Position numbers and translations under genes: made by a program. A stretch of DNA of 64,000 nucleotides, taken from assembly GCA_046563655.1 (NCBI GenBank), contig CM102285.1, forward strand, positions 9,300,001-9,364,000. The letters are read 5' to 3'. Under the pieces are notes generated by a model. That model searched no databases, was not told the origin of the DNA, and worked only from the letters and a program-made list of their open reading frames with translations. The DNA is from Yuukianura sp. NJ FZ-2021 (lineage: Eukaryota). Below are positions 50,682 to 62,688 of the stretch, in pieces. Numbering within the stretch: the first letter of the stretch is position 1; the number at the start of each line of letters is the position of its first letter.

Positions 50682-53600
50682 AAAGTTATTTTCCACTGGA
50701 AAAGTTATTTTCCACAGGAAAAGTTATTTTCCACTGGAAAAGTTATTTTCCACTGGAAAAGTTATTTTCCACAGGAAAATATATTTTCCAATGGAAAATT
50801 TATTTTCCAATGGAAAAGTTATTTTCCAATGGAAAAGTTATTTTCCACTGGAAAAGCTTTTTTTCCACTGGAAAAGTTATTTTCCACTGGAAAATTTATT
50901 TTCCAATGGAATAATCTTCCACTGGAAAATTTGTTTTCCAATGGAAAAGTTATTTTCCGCTGGAAAATTTATTTTCGAATGGAAAAGTTATTTTCCACTG
51001 GAAAATTTATTTTCCACTGGAAAATTTATTTTCCAATGGAAAAGTTATTTTCCACTGGAAAAGTTATTTTCCAATGGAAAAGTTATTTTCCAATGGAAAA
51101 GTTATTTTCCACTGGAAAAGTTATTTTCCACTGGAAAAGTTATTTTCCACTGGAAAATTTATTTTCCAATGGAAAAGTTATTTTCCAATGGAAAAGTTAT
51201 TTTCCAATGGAAAAGTTATTTTCCAATGGAAAAGTTATTTTCCACTGGAAAATTTATTTTCCAATGGAAAAGTTATTTTCCACTGGAAAAGTTATTTTCC
51301 ACTGGAAAAGTTATTTTCCACTGGAAAAGTTATTTTCCACTGGAAAATTTATTTTCCACTGGAAAATTTATTTTCCACTGGAAAATTTATTTTCCACTGG
51401 AAAATTTATTTTCCACTGGAAAATTTATTTTCCACTGGAAAATTTATTTTCCACTGGAAAAGTTATTTTCCACTGGAAAATTTATTTTCCACTGGAAAAG
51501 TTATTTTCCACTGGAAAAGTTATTTTCCAATGGAAAAGTTATTTTCCAATGGAAAAGTTATTTTCCACTGGAAAAGTTATTTTCCAATGGAAAAGTTATT
51601 TTCCACTGGAAAAGTTATTTTCCACTGGAAAAGTTATTTTCCACTGGAAAAGTTATTTTCCACTGGAAAAGTTATTTTCCACTGGAAAAGTTATTTTCCA
51701 CTGGAAAAGTTATTTTCCACTGGAAAAGTTATTTTCCACTGGAAAAGTTATTTTCCACTGGAAAAGTTATTTTCCACTGGAAAAGTTATTTTCCACTGGA
51801 AAAGTTATTTTCCACTGGAAAAGTTATTTTCCACTGGAAAAGTTATTTTCCACTGGAAAAGCTTTTTTTCCACTGGAAAAGTTATTTTCCACTGGAAAAG
51901 TTATTTTCCAATGGAAAAGTTATTTTCCAATGGAAAAGTTATTTTCCAATGGAAAAGTTATTTTCCAATGGAAAAGTTATTTTCCAATGGAAAAGTTATT
52001 TTCCAATGGAAAAGTTATTTTCCAATGGAAAAGTTATTTTCCAATGGAAAAGTTATTTTCCACTGGAAAAGTTATTTTCCAATGGAAAAGTTATTTTCCA
52101 CTGGAAAAGTTATTTTCCACTGGAAAAGTTATTTTCCACTGGAAAAGTTATTTTCCACTGGAAAAGTTATTTTCCACTGGAAAAGTTATTTTCCACTGGA
52201 AAAGTTATTTTCCACTGGAAAAGTTATTTTCCAATGGAAAAGTTATTTTCCACTGGAAAAGTTATTTTCCAATGGAAAAGTTATTTTCCAATGGAAAAGT
52301 TATTTTCCAATGGAAAAGTTATTTTCCACTGGAAAAGTTATTTTCCACTGGAAAAGTTATTTTCCACTGGAAAAGTTATTTTCCACTGGAAAAGTTATTT
52401 TCCACTGGAAAAGTTATTTTCCACTGGAAAAGTTATTTTCCACTGGAAAAGTTATTTTCCACTGGAAAAGTTATTTTCCACTGGAAAAGTTATTTTCCAC
52501 TGGAAAAGTTATTTTCCACTGGAAAAGTTATTTTCCAATGGAAAAGTTATTTTCCACTGGAAAAGTTATTTTCCAATGGAAAAGTTATTTTCCAATGGAA
52601 AAGTTATTTTCCAATGGAAAAGTTATTTTCCAATGGAAAAGTTATTTTCCACTGGAAAAGTTATTTTCCAATGGAAAAGTTATTTTCCACTGGAAAAGCT
52701 TTTTTCCAATGGAAAAGTTATTTTCCACTGGAAAAGTTATTTTCCAATGGAAAAGTTATTTTCCACTGGAAAAGTTATTTTCCACTGGAAAAGTTATTTT
52801 CCACTGGAAAAGTTATTTTCCACTGGAAAAGTTATTTTCCACTGGAAAAGTTATTTTCCAATGGAAAAGTTATTTTCCAATGGAAAAGTTATTTTCCAAT
52901 GGAAAAGTTATTTTCCACTGGAAAATTTATTTTCCAATGGAAAAGTTATTCTCCACTGTAAAATTTATTTTCCACTGGAAAATTTGTTTTCCAATGGAAA
53001 ATTCGCTTTCCAATGGAAAAGTTAATTTCCACTAAAAAATTTACTTTCCAATGGAATAATCTTCCACTGGAAAATTTGTTTTCCAATGGAAAAGTTATTT
53101 TCCAATGGAAAAGTTATTTTCCAATGGAAAAGTTATTTTCCAATGGAAAAGTTATTTTCCAATGGAAAAGTTATTTTCCAATGGAAAAGTTATTTTCCAA
53201 TGGAAAAGTTATTTTCCAATGGAAAAGTTATTTTCCAATGGAAAAGTTATTTTCCACTGGAAAAGTTATTTTCCAATGGAAAAGTTATTTTCCACTGGAA
53301 AATTTATTTTCCAATGGAAAAGTTATTTTCCACTGGAAAATTTATTTTCCAATGGAAAAGTTATTTTCCACTGGAAAATTTATTTTCCAATGGAAAAGTT
53401 ATTTTCCACTGGAAAAGTTATTTTCCACTGGAAAAGTTATTTTCCACTGGAAAAGTTATTTTCCACTGGAAAATTTATTTTCCACTGGAAAATTTATTTT
53501 CCAATGGAAAGACTATTTTCCACTGGAAAAGTTATTTTCCAATGGAAACACTATTTTCCACTGGAAAAGTTATTTTCCAATGGAAACACTATTTTCCACT

Positions 53601-56600
53601 GGAAAAGTTATTTTCCAATGGAAACACTATTTTCCACTGGAAAAGTTATTTTCCACTGGAAAAGTTATTTTCCACTGGAAAAGTTATTTTCCACTGGAAA
53701 AGTTATTTTCCACTGGAAAAGTTATTTTCCACTGGAAAAGTTATTTTCCACTGGAAAAGTTATTTTCCACTGGAAAAGTTATTTTCCACTGGAAAAGCTA
53801 TTTTCCACTGGAAAAGTTATTTTCCACTGGAAAAGTTATTTTCCAATGGAAAAGTTATTTTCCAATGGAAAAGTTATTTTCCAATGGAAAAGTTATTTTC
53901 CAATGGAAAAGTTATTTTCCAATGGAAAAGTTATTTTCCAATGGAAAAGTTATTTTCCAATGGAAAAGTTATTTTCCAATGGAAAAGTTATTTTCCACTG
54001 GAAAATTTATTTTCCAATGGAAAAGTTATTTTCCACTGGAAAAGTTATTTTCCACTGGAAAAGTTATTTTCCAATGGAAAAGTTATTTTCCACTGGAAAA
54101 GTTATTTTCCACTGGAAAAGTTATTTTCCACTGGAAAAGTTATTTTCCACTGGAAAAGTTATTTTCCACTGGAAAAGTTATTTTCCAATGGAAAAGTTAT
54201 TTTCCACTGGAAAAGCTTTTTTTCCACTGGAAAAGTTATTTTCCACTGGAAAAGTTATTTTCCAATGGAAACACTATTTTCCACTGGAAAAGTTATTTTC
54301 CAATGGAAACACTATTTTCCACTGGAAAAGTTATTTTCCAATGGAAACACTATTTTCCACTGGAAAAGTTATTTTCCAATGGAAAAGTTATTTTCCAATG
54401 GAAAATCTATTTTCCACTGGAAAAGTTATTTTCCAATGGAAAAGTTATTTTCCACTGGAAAAGTTATTTTCCACTGGAAAAGTTATTTTCCACTGGAAAA
54501 GTTATTTTCCACTGGAAAAGTTATTTTCCACTGGAAAAGTTATTTTCCACTGGAAAAGTTATTTTCCACTGGAAAAGTTATTTTCCACTGGAAAAGTTAT
54601 TTTCCACTGGAAAAGTTATTTTCCACTGGAAAAGTTATTTTCCACTGGAAAAGTTTTTTTCCACTGGAAAAGTTATTTTCCACTGGAAAAGTTATTTTCC
54701 AATGGAAAATTTATTTTCCAATGGAAAATTTATTTTCCAATGGAAAAGTTATTTTCCAATGGAAAAGTTATTTTCCAATGGAAAAGTTATTTTCCAATGG
54801 AAAAGTTATTTTCCAATGGAAAAGTTATTTTCCAATGGAAAAGTTATTTTCCAATGGAAAAGTTATTTTCCACTGGAAAATTTATTTTCCAATGGAAAAG
54901 TTATTTTCCACTGGAAAAGTTATTTTCCACTGGAAAAGTTATTTTCCACTGGAAAAGTTATTTTCCACTGGAAAAGTTATTTTCCACTGGAAAAGTTATT
55001 TTCCACTGGAAAAGCTATTTTCCACTGGAAAAGTTATTTTCCACTGGAAAAGTTATTTTCCAATGGAAAAGTTATTTTCCAATGGAAAAGTTATTTTCCA
55101 ATGGAAAAGTTATTTTCCACTGGAAAAGTTATTTTCCACTGGAAAAGTTATTTTCCACTGGAAAAGTTATTTTCCACTGGAAAAGCTTTTTTTCCACTGG
55201 AAAAGTTATTTTCCACTGGAAAAGTTATTTTCCACTGGAAAAGCTTTTTTTCCACTGGAAAAGTTATTTTCCACTGGAAAAGTTATTTTCCACTGGAAAA
55301 GTTATTTTCCACTGGAAAAGTTATTTTCCACAGGAAAAGTTATTTTCCACTGGAAAAGTTATTTTCCAATGGAAAATTTATTTTCCAATGGAAAAGTTAT
55401 TTTCCAATGGAAAAGTTATTTTCCAATGGAAAAGTTATTTTCCACTGGAAAAGCTTTTTTCCAATGGAAAAGTTATTTTCCACTGGAAAAGCTTTTTTCC
55501 AATGGAAAAGTTATTTTCCACTGGAAAAGCTTTTTTCCAATGGAAAAGTTATTTTCCACTGGAAAAGCTTTTTTTCCACTGGAAAAGTTATTTTCCACTG
55601 GAAAAGTTATTTTCCACTGGAAAAGTTATTTTCCACTGGAAAAGTTATTTTCCAATGGAAAAGTTATTTTCCAATGGAAAAGTTATTTTCCAATGGAAAA
55701 TTTATTTTCGAATGGAAAATTTATTTTCCACTGGAAAATTTATTTTCCACTGTAAAATTTATTTTCCACTGGAAAATTTGTTTTCCAATGGAAAATTTGC
55801 TTTCCAATGGAAAAGTTAATTTCCACCGGAAAATTTATTTTCCAATGGAATAATCTTCCACTGGAAAATTTGTTTTCCAATGGAAAAGTTATTTTCCAAT
55901 GGAAAAGTTATTTTCCAATGGAAAAGTTATTTTCCAATGGAAAAGTTATTTTCCAATGGAAAAGTTATTTTCCAATGGAAAAGTTATTTTCCAATGGAAA
56001 AGTTATTTTCCAATGGAAAAGTTATTTTCCAATGGAAAAGTTATTTTCCAATGGAAAAGTTATTTTCCACTGGAAAAGTTATTTTCCAATGGAAAAGTTA
56101 TTTTCCACTGGAAAATTTATTTTCCAATGGAAAAGTTATTTTCCACTGGAAAATTTATTTTCCAATGGAAAAGTTATTTTCCACTGGAAAAGTTATTTTC
56201 CACTGGAAAAGTTATTTTCCACTGGAAAAGTTATTTTCCAATGGAAAATCTATTTTCCACTGGAAAAGTTATTTTCCAATGGAAAATCTATTTTCCACTG
56301 GAAAAGTTATTTTCCAATGGAAACACTATTTTCCACTGGAAAAGTTATTTTCCAATGGAAACACTATTTTCCACTGGAAAAGTTATTTTCCACTGGAAAA
56401 GTTATTTTCCACTGGAAAAGTTATTTTCCACTGGAAAAGTTATTTTCCACTGGAAAAGTTATTTTCCACTGGAAAAGTTATTTTCCACTGGAAAAGTTAT
56501 TTTCCACTGGAAAAGTTATTTTCCACTGGAAAAGTTATTTTCCACTGGAAAAGTTATTTTCCACTGGAAAAGTTATTTTCCACTGGAAAAGTTATTTTCC

Positions 56601-59600
56601 ACTGGAAAAGTTATTTTCCAATGGAAAATTTATTTTCCAATGGAAAATCTATTTTCCAATGGAAAATCTATTTTCCAATGGAAAAGTTATTTTCCAATGG
56701 AAAAGTTATTTTCCAATGGAAAAGTTATTTTCCAATGGAAAAGTTATTTTCCAATGGAAAAGTTATTTTCCACTGGAAAATTTATTTTCCAATGGAAAAG
56801 TTATTTTCCACTGGAAAAGTTATTTTCCACTGGAAAAGTTATTTTCCAATGGAAAAGTTATTTTCCACTGGAAAAGTTATTTTCCACTGGAAAAGTTATT
56901 TTCCACTGGAAAAGTTATTTTCCACTGGAAAAGTTATTTTCCACTGGAAAAGTTATTTTCCACTGGAAAAGTTATTTTCCACTGGAAAATCTTTTTTCCA
57001 CTGGAAAAGTTATTTTCCACTGGAAAAGTTATTTTCCAATGGAAAAGTTATTTTCCAATGGAAAAGTTATTTTCCAATGGAAAAGTTATTTTCCACTGGA
57101 AAAGTTATTTTCCACTGGAAAAGTTATTTTCCACTGGAAAAGTTATTTTCCACTGGAAAAGTTATTTTCCACTGGAAAAGTTATTTTCCACTGGAAAAGT
57201 TATTTTCCACTGGAAAAGTTATTTTCCACTGGAAAATCTTTTTTCCACTGGAAAATTTATTTTCCACTGGAAAAGTTATTTTCCACTGGAAAATCTTTTT
57301 TCCACTGGAAAAGTTATTTTCCACTGGAAAAGTTATTTTCCACTGGAAAAGTTATTTTCCACTGGAAAAGTTATTTTCCACAGGAAAAGTTATTTTCCAC
57401 TGGAAAAGTTATTTTCCAATGGAAAATTTATTTTCCAATGGAAAAGTTATTTTCCAATGGAAAAGTTATTTTCCAATGGAAAAGTTATTTTCCACTGGAA
57501 AAGCTTTTTTCCAATGGAAAAGTTATTTTCCACTGGAAAAGCTTTTTCCAATGGAAAAGTTATTTTCCACTGGAAAAGCTTTTTTCCAATGGAAAAGTTA
57601 TTTTCCACTGGAAAAGCTTTTTTTCCACTGGAAAAGTTATTTTCCACTGGAAAAGTTATTTTCCACTGGAAAAGTTATTTTCCACTGGAAAAGTTATTTT
57701 CCAATGGAAAAGTTATTTTCCAATGGAAAAGTTATTTTCCAATGGAAAAGTTATTTTCCAATGGAAAAGTTATTTTCCAATGGAAAAGTTATTTTCCAAT
57801 GGAAAAGTTATTTTCCAATGGAAAAGTTATTTTCCAATGGAAAAGTTATTTTCCAATGGAAAAGTTATTTTCCAATGGAAAAGTTATTTTCCAATGGAAA
57901 AGTTATTTTCCACTGGAAAAGTTATTTTCCAATGGAAAAGTTATTTTCCACTGGAAAATTTGTTTTCCAATGGAAAAGTTATTTTCCGCTGGAAAATTTA
58001 TTTTCGAATGGAAAAGTTATTTTCCACTGGAAAATTTATTTTCCACTGGAAAATTTATTTTCCACTGGAAAATTTATTTTCCAATGGAAAAGTTATTTTC
58101 CAATGGAAAAGTTATTTTCCACTGGAAAATTTATTTTCCACTGGAAAATTTATTTTCCACTGGAAAATTTATTTTCCAATGGAAAAGTTATTTTCCAATG
58201 GAAAAGTTATTTTCCAATGGAAAAGTTATTTTCCAATGGAAAAGTTATTTTCCAATGGAAAAGTTATTTTCCAATGGAAAAGTTATTTTCCAATGGAAAA
58301 GTTATTTTCCAATGGAAAAGTTATTTTCCAATGGAAAAGTTATTTTCCAATGGAAAAGTTATTTTCCAATGGAAAAGTTATTTTCCAATGGAAAAGTTAT
58401 TTTCCAATGGAAAAGTTATTTTCCAATGGAATAATCTTCCACTGGAAAATTTGTTTTCCAATGGAAAAGTTATTTTCCAATGGAAAAGTTATTTTCCAAT
58501 GGAAAAGTTATTTTCCAATGGAAAAGTTATTTTCCAATGGAAAAGTTATTTTCCAATGGAAAAGTTATTTTCCAATGGAAAAGTTATTTTCCAATGGAAA
58601 AGTTATTTTCCAATGGAAAAGTTATTTTCCACTGGAAACTTTATTTTCCAATGGAATAATCTTCCACTGGAAAATTTGTTTTCCAATGGAAAAGTTATTT
58701 TCCAATGGAAAAGTTATTTTCCACTGGAAAAGTTATTTTCCACTGGAAAATTTATTTTCCACTGGAAAATTTTATTTCCACTGGAAAATTTATTTTCCAC
58801 AGGAAAAGTTATTTTCCAATGGAAAATCTGTTTTCCGCTGGAAAAGTTATTTTCCACTGGAAAAGTTATTTTCCACTGGAAAAGTTATTTTCCACTGGAA
58901 AAGTTATTTTCCAATGGAAAAGTTATTTTCCAATGGAAAAGTTATTTTCCAATGGAAAAGTTATTTTCCACTGGAAAAGTTTTTTTCCACTGGAAAAGTT
59001 ATTTTCCACTGGAAAAGTTATTTTCCACTGGAAAAGTTATTTTCCACTGGAAAAGTTATTTTCCACTGGAAAAGCTTTTTTTCCACTGGAAAAGTTATTT
59101 TCCACTGGAAAAGTTATTTTCCACTGGAAAAGTTATTTTCCACTGGAAAAGTTATTTTCCACTGGAAAAGCTTTTTTTCCACTGGAAAAGTTATTTTCCA
59201 CTGGAAAAGTTATTTTCCACTGGAAAAGTTATTTTCCAATGGAAAATCTATTTTCCACTGGAAAAGTTATTTTCCACTGGAAAAGTTATTTTCCAATGGA
59301 AAATCTATTTTCCACTGGAAAAGTTATTTTCCACTGGAAAAGTTATTTTCCAATGGAAAAGTTATTTTCCAATGGAAAAGTTATTTTCCAATGGAAAAGT
59401 TATTTTCCAATGGAAAAGTTATTTTCCACTGGAAAAGTTATTTTCCAATGGAAAAGTTATTTTCCAATGGAAAAGTTATTTTCCAATGGAAAAGTTATTT
59501 TCCAATGGAAAAGTTATTTTCCAATGGAAAAGTTATTTTCCAATGGAAAAGTTATTTTCCAATGGAAAAGTTATTTTCCAATGGAAAAGTTATTTTCCAA

Positions 59601-59988
59601 TGGAAAAGTTATTTTCCAATGGAAAAGTTATTTTCCAATGGAAAAGTTATTTTCCAATGGAAAAGTTATTTTCCAATGGAAAAGTTATTTTCCAATGGAA
59701 AAGTTATTTTCCAATGGAAAAGTTATTTTCCAATGGAAAAGTTATTTTCCAATGGAAAAGTTATTTTCCAATGGAAAAGTTATTTTCCAATGGAAAAGTT
59801 ATTTTCCACTGGAAAATTTATTTTCCAATGGAAAATTTATTTTCCACTGGAAAATTTATTTTCCACTGGAAAATTTATTTTCCACTGGAAAATTTATTTT
59901 CCACTGGAAAATTTATTTTCCATTGGAAAATTTCTTTTCCATTGGAAAATTTCTTTTCCATTGGAAAATTTATTTTCCATTGGAAAAT
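50682..59988. repeat. 19-bp satellite block 3, ~490 units, diverged, with kb-scale higher-order duplication
   Basis: Same unit; the recurring shortened variant GGAATAATCTTCC marks the higher-order blocks. Confidence 0.98.
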
Positions 59989-60869
59989 ACTGAAATGTTT
60001 TGGAGCTGCGGAGTCTGGGTACTCCCCTCCAACCCCTCCACCTCACCTAACTCCGAGAAAAGTTCCTCAAATCTACCACAATGAGGGAAAACGTTTGATA
60101 AGTAAGAAATTCTGAGTGCGGTAATTGATTCGGGTAAACTTAGGCTATTCCAAAGTTAGGCTAGCCTATGTTTATAAGTAAGCTTCCTGAGTATTTGGTT
60201 AACTTTGGTAACCATTGGTCATTTCATTAGTTCAGCTTTGTGAAAGAAATTAATTCATTTTAACTAATTATTAATTTGGATTAATTATTAATTTTTATTA
60301 TTTGCAAACCTAATGTGAATTAATTTTTAACTAATTAGCCGGTAATTTAAGTAATTTAGAAAATATTTCCGATGCCCATATGCGATTTTGCATTGCTTCG
60401 GCCGCATGGTATCACGTAAACTGAAAATAGAGTGAAAGTCGATGGTTAACTATGGAAGAAAGCCATAGTCATCTTCAAATGGACACCCCATCTGCTGTCT
60501 GCAGAGTCTGTCTGAGTCTGAGAAATGAGTACTAAGAATTTATACCAATTTATAATTTGAATTTAGCAATTATAACTTCTTATAGTCTTCTTATTGGATC
60601 CCAACTCAATCTTGCTCGTGTTTACGAAGTTATTATTAAGTTCTTGCTCGTGTTTGCGAAGTTATTAAGTAGCGACAGCTACTTTATACATCGACCTTGT
60701 CTGTCTGGCCGGCCGTCCGTCCGTCTCCGGCAATTATCTCGGAAACGGTTCAACATTTCCGGGATCTGTTTTCACCGGTGGACAACTAGTGAACCGTTGA
60801 TGTTCACTATTGAATATCACCCCGGTGGGTCAACTCCTTCCGGGTCAAAGGTCAAGGTCAACCGGTTTC

Positions 60870-61483
60870 GGTTACACCAACCCGTTCGGCCCCACTTTTG
60901 GAAAATTTTCTAAGTCCCGAAAATTTTCAAAGTACCGAGTTGATGCTTCCAGACAACCTCAAAAATGACCTCTATGAAACTTGTTCAGATTGATGAGGGG
61001 ATCATTTTTTGTCCTGTGACCTATGACCCTGTGACCTTCCCCAGAGGTCATAGGTCAATTTGAAGGTCAAACCAAAAAAAAAAACTTTTTTCATATTTTT
61101 TGACGAAACGAACGATTTTCATGGTCGCGATGACCTCCGTGACCTCTATGACCACTCCCAAGGTCATTTTCATGAAAAGTTAGAAAAATGATTTTTTGAC
61201 CTTTTGGGGTCACGGAGGTCATCGCGACCATGAAAATCGTTCGTTTCGTCAAAAAATATGAAAAAAGTTTTTTTTTTTGGTTTGACCTTCAAATTGACCT
61301 ATGACCTCTGGGGAAGGTCACAGGGTGATAGGTCACAGGACAAAAAATGATCCTCTCATCGAGCTGAACAGCTTTTACAGAGGTCATTTTGGAGGTTGTC
61401 TGGGAATCATCAACTCAGTACTTTGAAAATTTTCGGGACTTAGAAAATTTTCCAAAAGTGGGGCCGAACGGGTTGGTGTAACC
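60870..61483. mobile_element. Foldback MITE A (~275-bp arms, 63-bp loop) nested in HINE 1
   Basis: Arms 60870-61144 and 61208-61483 are near-perfect inverted repeats starting GGTTACACC. 8-bp direct repeat CCGGTTTC at 60862-60869 and 61484-61491. Confidence 0.85.
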
Positions 61484-61552
61484 CCGGTTTCATCCCCGGT
61501 AACATGGAAAATTACCTCCACAAAAGATGTTCCTCTCATCGAGACAAACAAC

Positions 61553-61720
61553 GGTTGGATCCTAGAAACGCAGTCTGTTTTTCTTTTAGTTCTTTTAGTT
61601 AGGTTATCAAATCAGGACATAGTGCACGGCACACTCACCTGCAACACGGTGCACTGTGTCCTGATTTGATAACCTAACTCGCACTAAAAGAAAAACAGAC
61701 TGCGTTTCTAGGATCCAACC
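61553..61720. mobile_element. Foldback MITE B (168 bp, ~75-bp arms) nested in HINE 1
   Basis: Termini GGTTGGATCCTAGAAACG...CGTTTCTAGGATCCAACC. 8-bp TSD CAAACAAC at 61545-61552 and 61721-61728. Confidence 0.9.
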
Positions 61721-62052
61721 CAAACAACTTTTGTGTACATCACATGACCCCAAGTGACCTCCTTCGGGGTCAAAGGTCACCTTTTTTCTTTTTACCGTCA
61801 TGGTGCAAGTGGTGGAACCAAGCCCGACTCCCGCGGGGGGCCGGAAAGTGGGGGAAAACCACCCCCACTCCACTGAGAGGGGGGCAGGAAAGTGGGGGGA
61901 ATCCATCCCCCACTTTCCCGGAGGTGGGCGGGAAAGTAGGGGTAACCCACCACCACCGCTCCCCCGGGGGGGGGGGGCTGGGGGAACCCACCACCACTAT
62001 CCCCCGTGGGGGCCATCTTTCGCTACTTACGTACACCGGTTTACAACCGTTT

Positions 62053-62682
62053 ATTAAGTAGCTTTAGCTACTTTATAAAAGCGTTTTCGTCGGTCATCGC
62101 GTTTTCCGTCCTAGACCCATAAGGAAAGCCTGTCCGTCATCGCGTTTTCCGTCCTAGCATAGGGCTCACCATTGTAAAATGGTGAAAACATTAGAACAAT
62201 TATCTAGCAAAGTACTGGACCAATTTCGTTCCGGTTTTCACCAATGAACAGCTCATGACCCGGGTGAGATCAAGTTTGCAAAATCATTTCAGTCAGTGAC
62301 CTCCTTCCGGGTCAAAATCAATTTCAAAGGTCAAGTGAATTGCAGATGGAGGAAGTGTGTGTAGAAAAAAGTCTGCTTGTGGGACTGGAAAGGTAAATGG
62401 CATGGGAGTTGGTTCTCTGCTTAGCAAAAAATCAACTACGCAGTTGACCAACACACACTCATGCACTGTATCCAGTGTCCCTCATCCATTCCATCTGTTG
62501 TTTCTTCACCCCGAGCCCACCTCTCCATCTCTGTATGAACATACCCCCACTCCCCCTGGGGGGGGGGCGGGAAAGTGCGGGAACCCACCCCCACTCCCCC
62601 GGGGGGCTGAATAGATTAGTCCAGTTTGTTTAAAAAAACACCTACACGCTAAAGCTACTTTTTTATGTGCGGTTTACAACCG
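62053..62682 (+). mobile_element. HINE/DINE-1-like element copy 2, head-to-tail after copy 1
   Basis: 13-bp subTIRs AAGTAGCTTTAGC (62056-62068) and GCTAAAGCTACTT (62648-62660). Same terminal stem-loop CGGTTTACAACCG (62670-62682). Shares GTGACCTCCTTC.GGGTCAAA and G/C-run blocks with copy 1. Confidence 0.8.
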
Positions 62683-62688
62683 GTACAG

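Larger units (their letters stand above)
60664..62049 (+). mobile_element. Helentron-associated interspersed element (HINE/DINE-1-like) copy 1
   Basis: 5' AAGTAGC-GACA-GCTACTT (subTIR plus inverted repeat); GTCY microsatellite at ~60699-60726; GGTCAAAGGTCAAGGTCA; 3' subTIR CGCTACTT (62021-62028); terminal stem-loop CGGT-TTACA-ACCG followed by TT. Confidence 0.8.

Noticed and set aside
17635..59988. CRISPR array or telomeric repeat
   Set aside because: No unique spacers or cas genes, and the context is a eukaryotic intron. The unit lacks a G-rich telomere strand and is flanked by gene sequence.
59990..60106. Pro-rich frame ESGYSPPTPPPHLTPRK with a gtaag donor at 60102
   Set aside because: No convincing acceptor, and the donor would be phase 1 whereas the PRD acceptor is phase 0.
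47902..60115. Further 450-1,470-aa ORFs in satellite blocks 2 and 3
   Set aside because: Same artefact; frames switch at 16-, 18- and 20-nt variant units.
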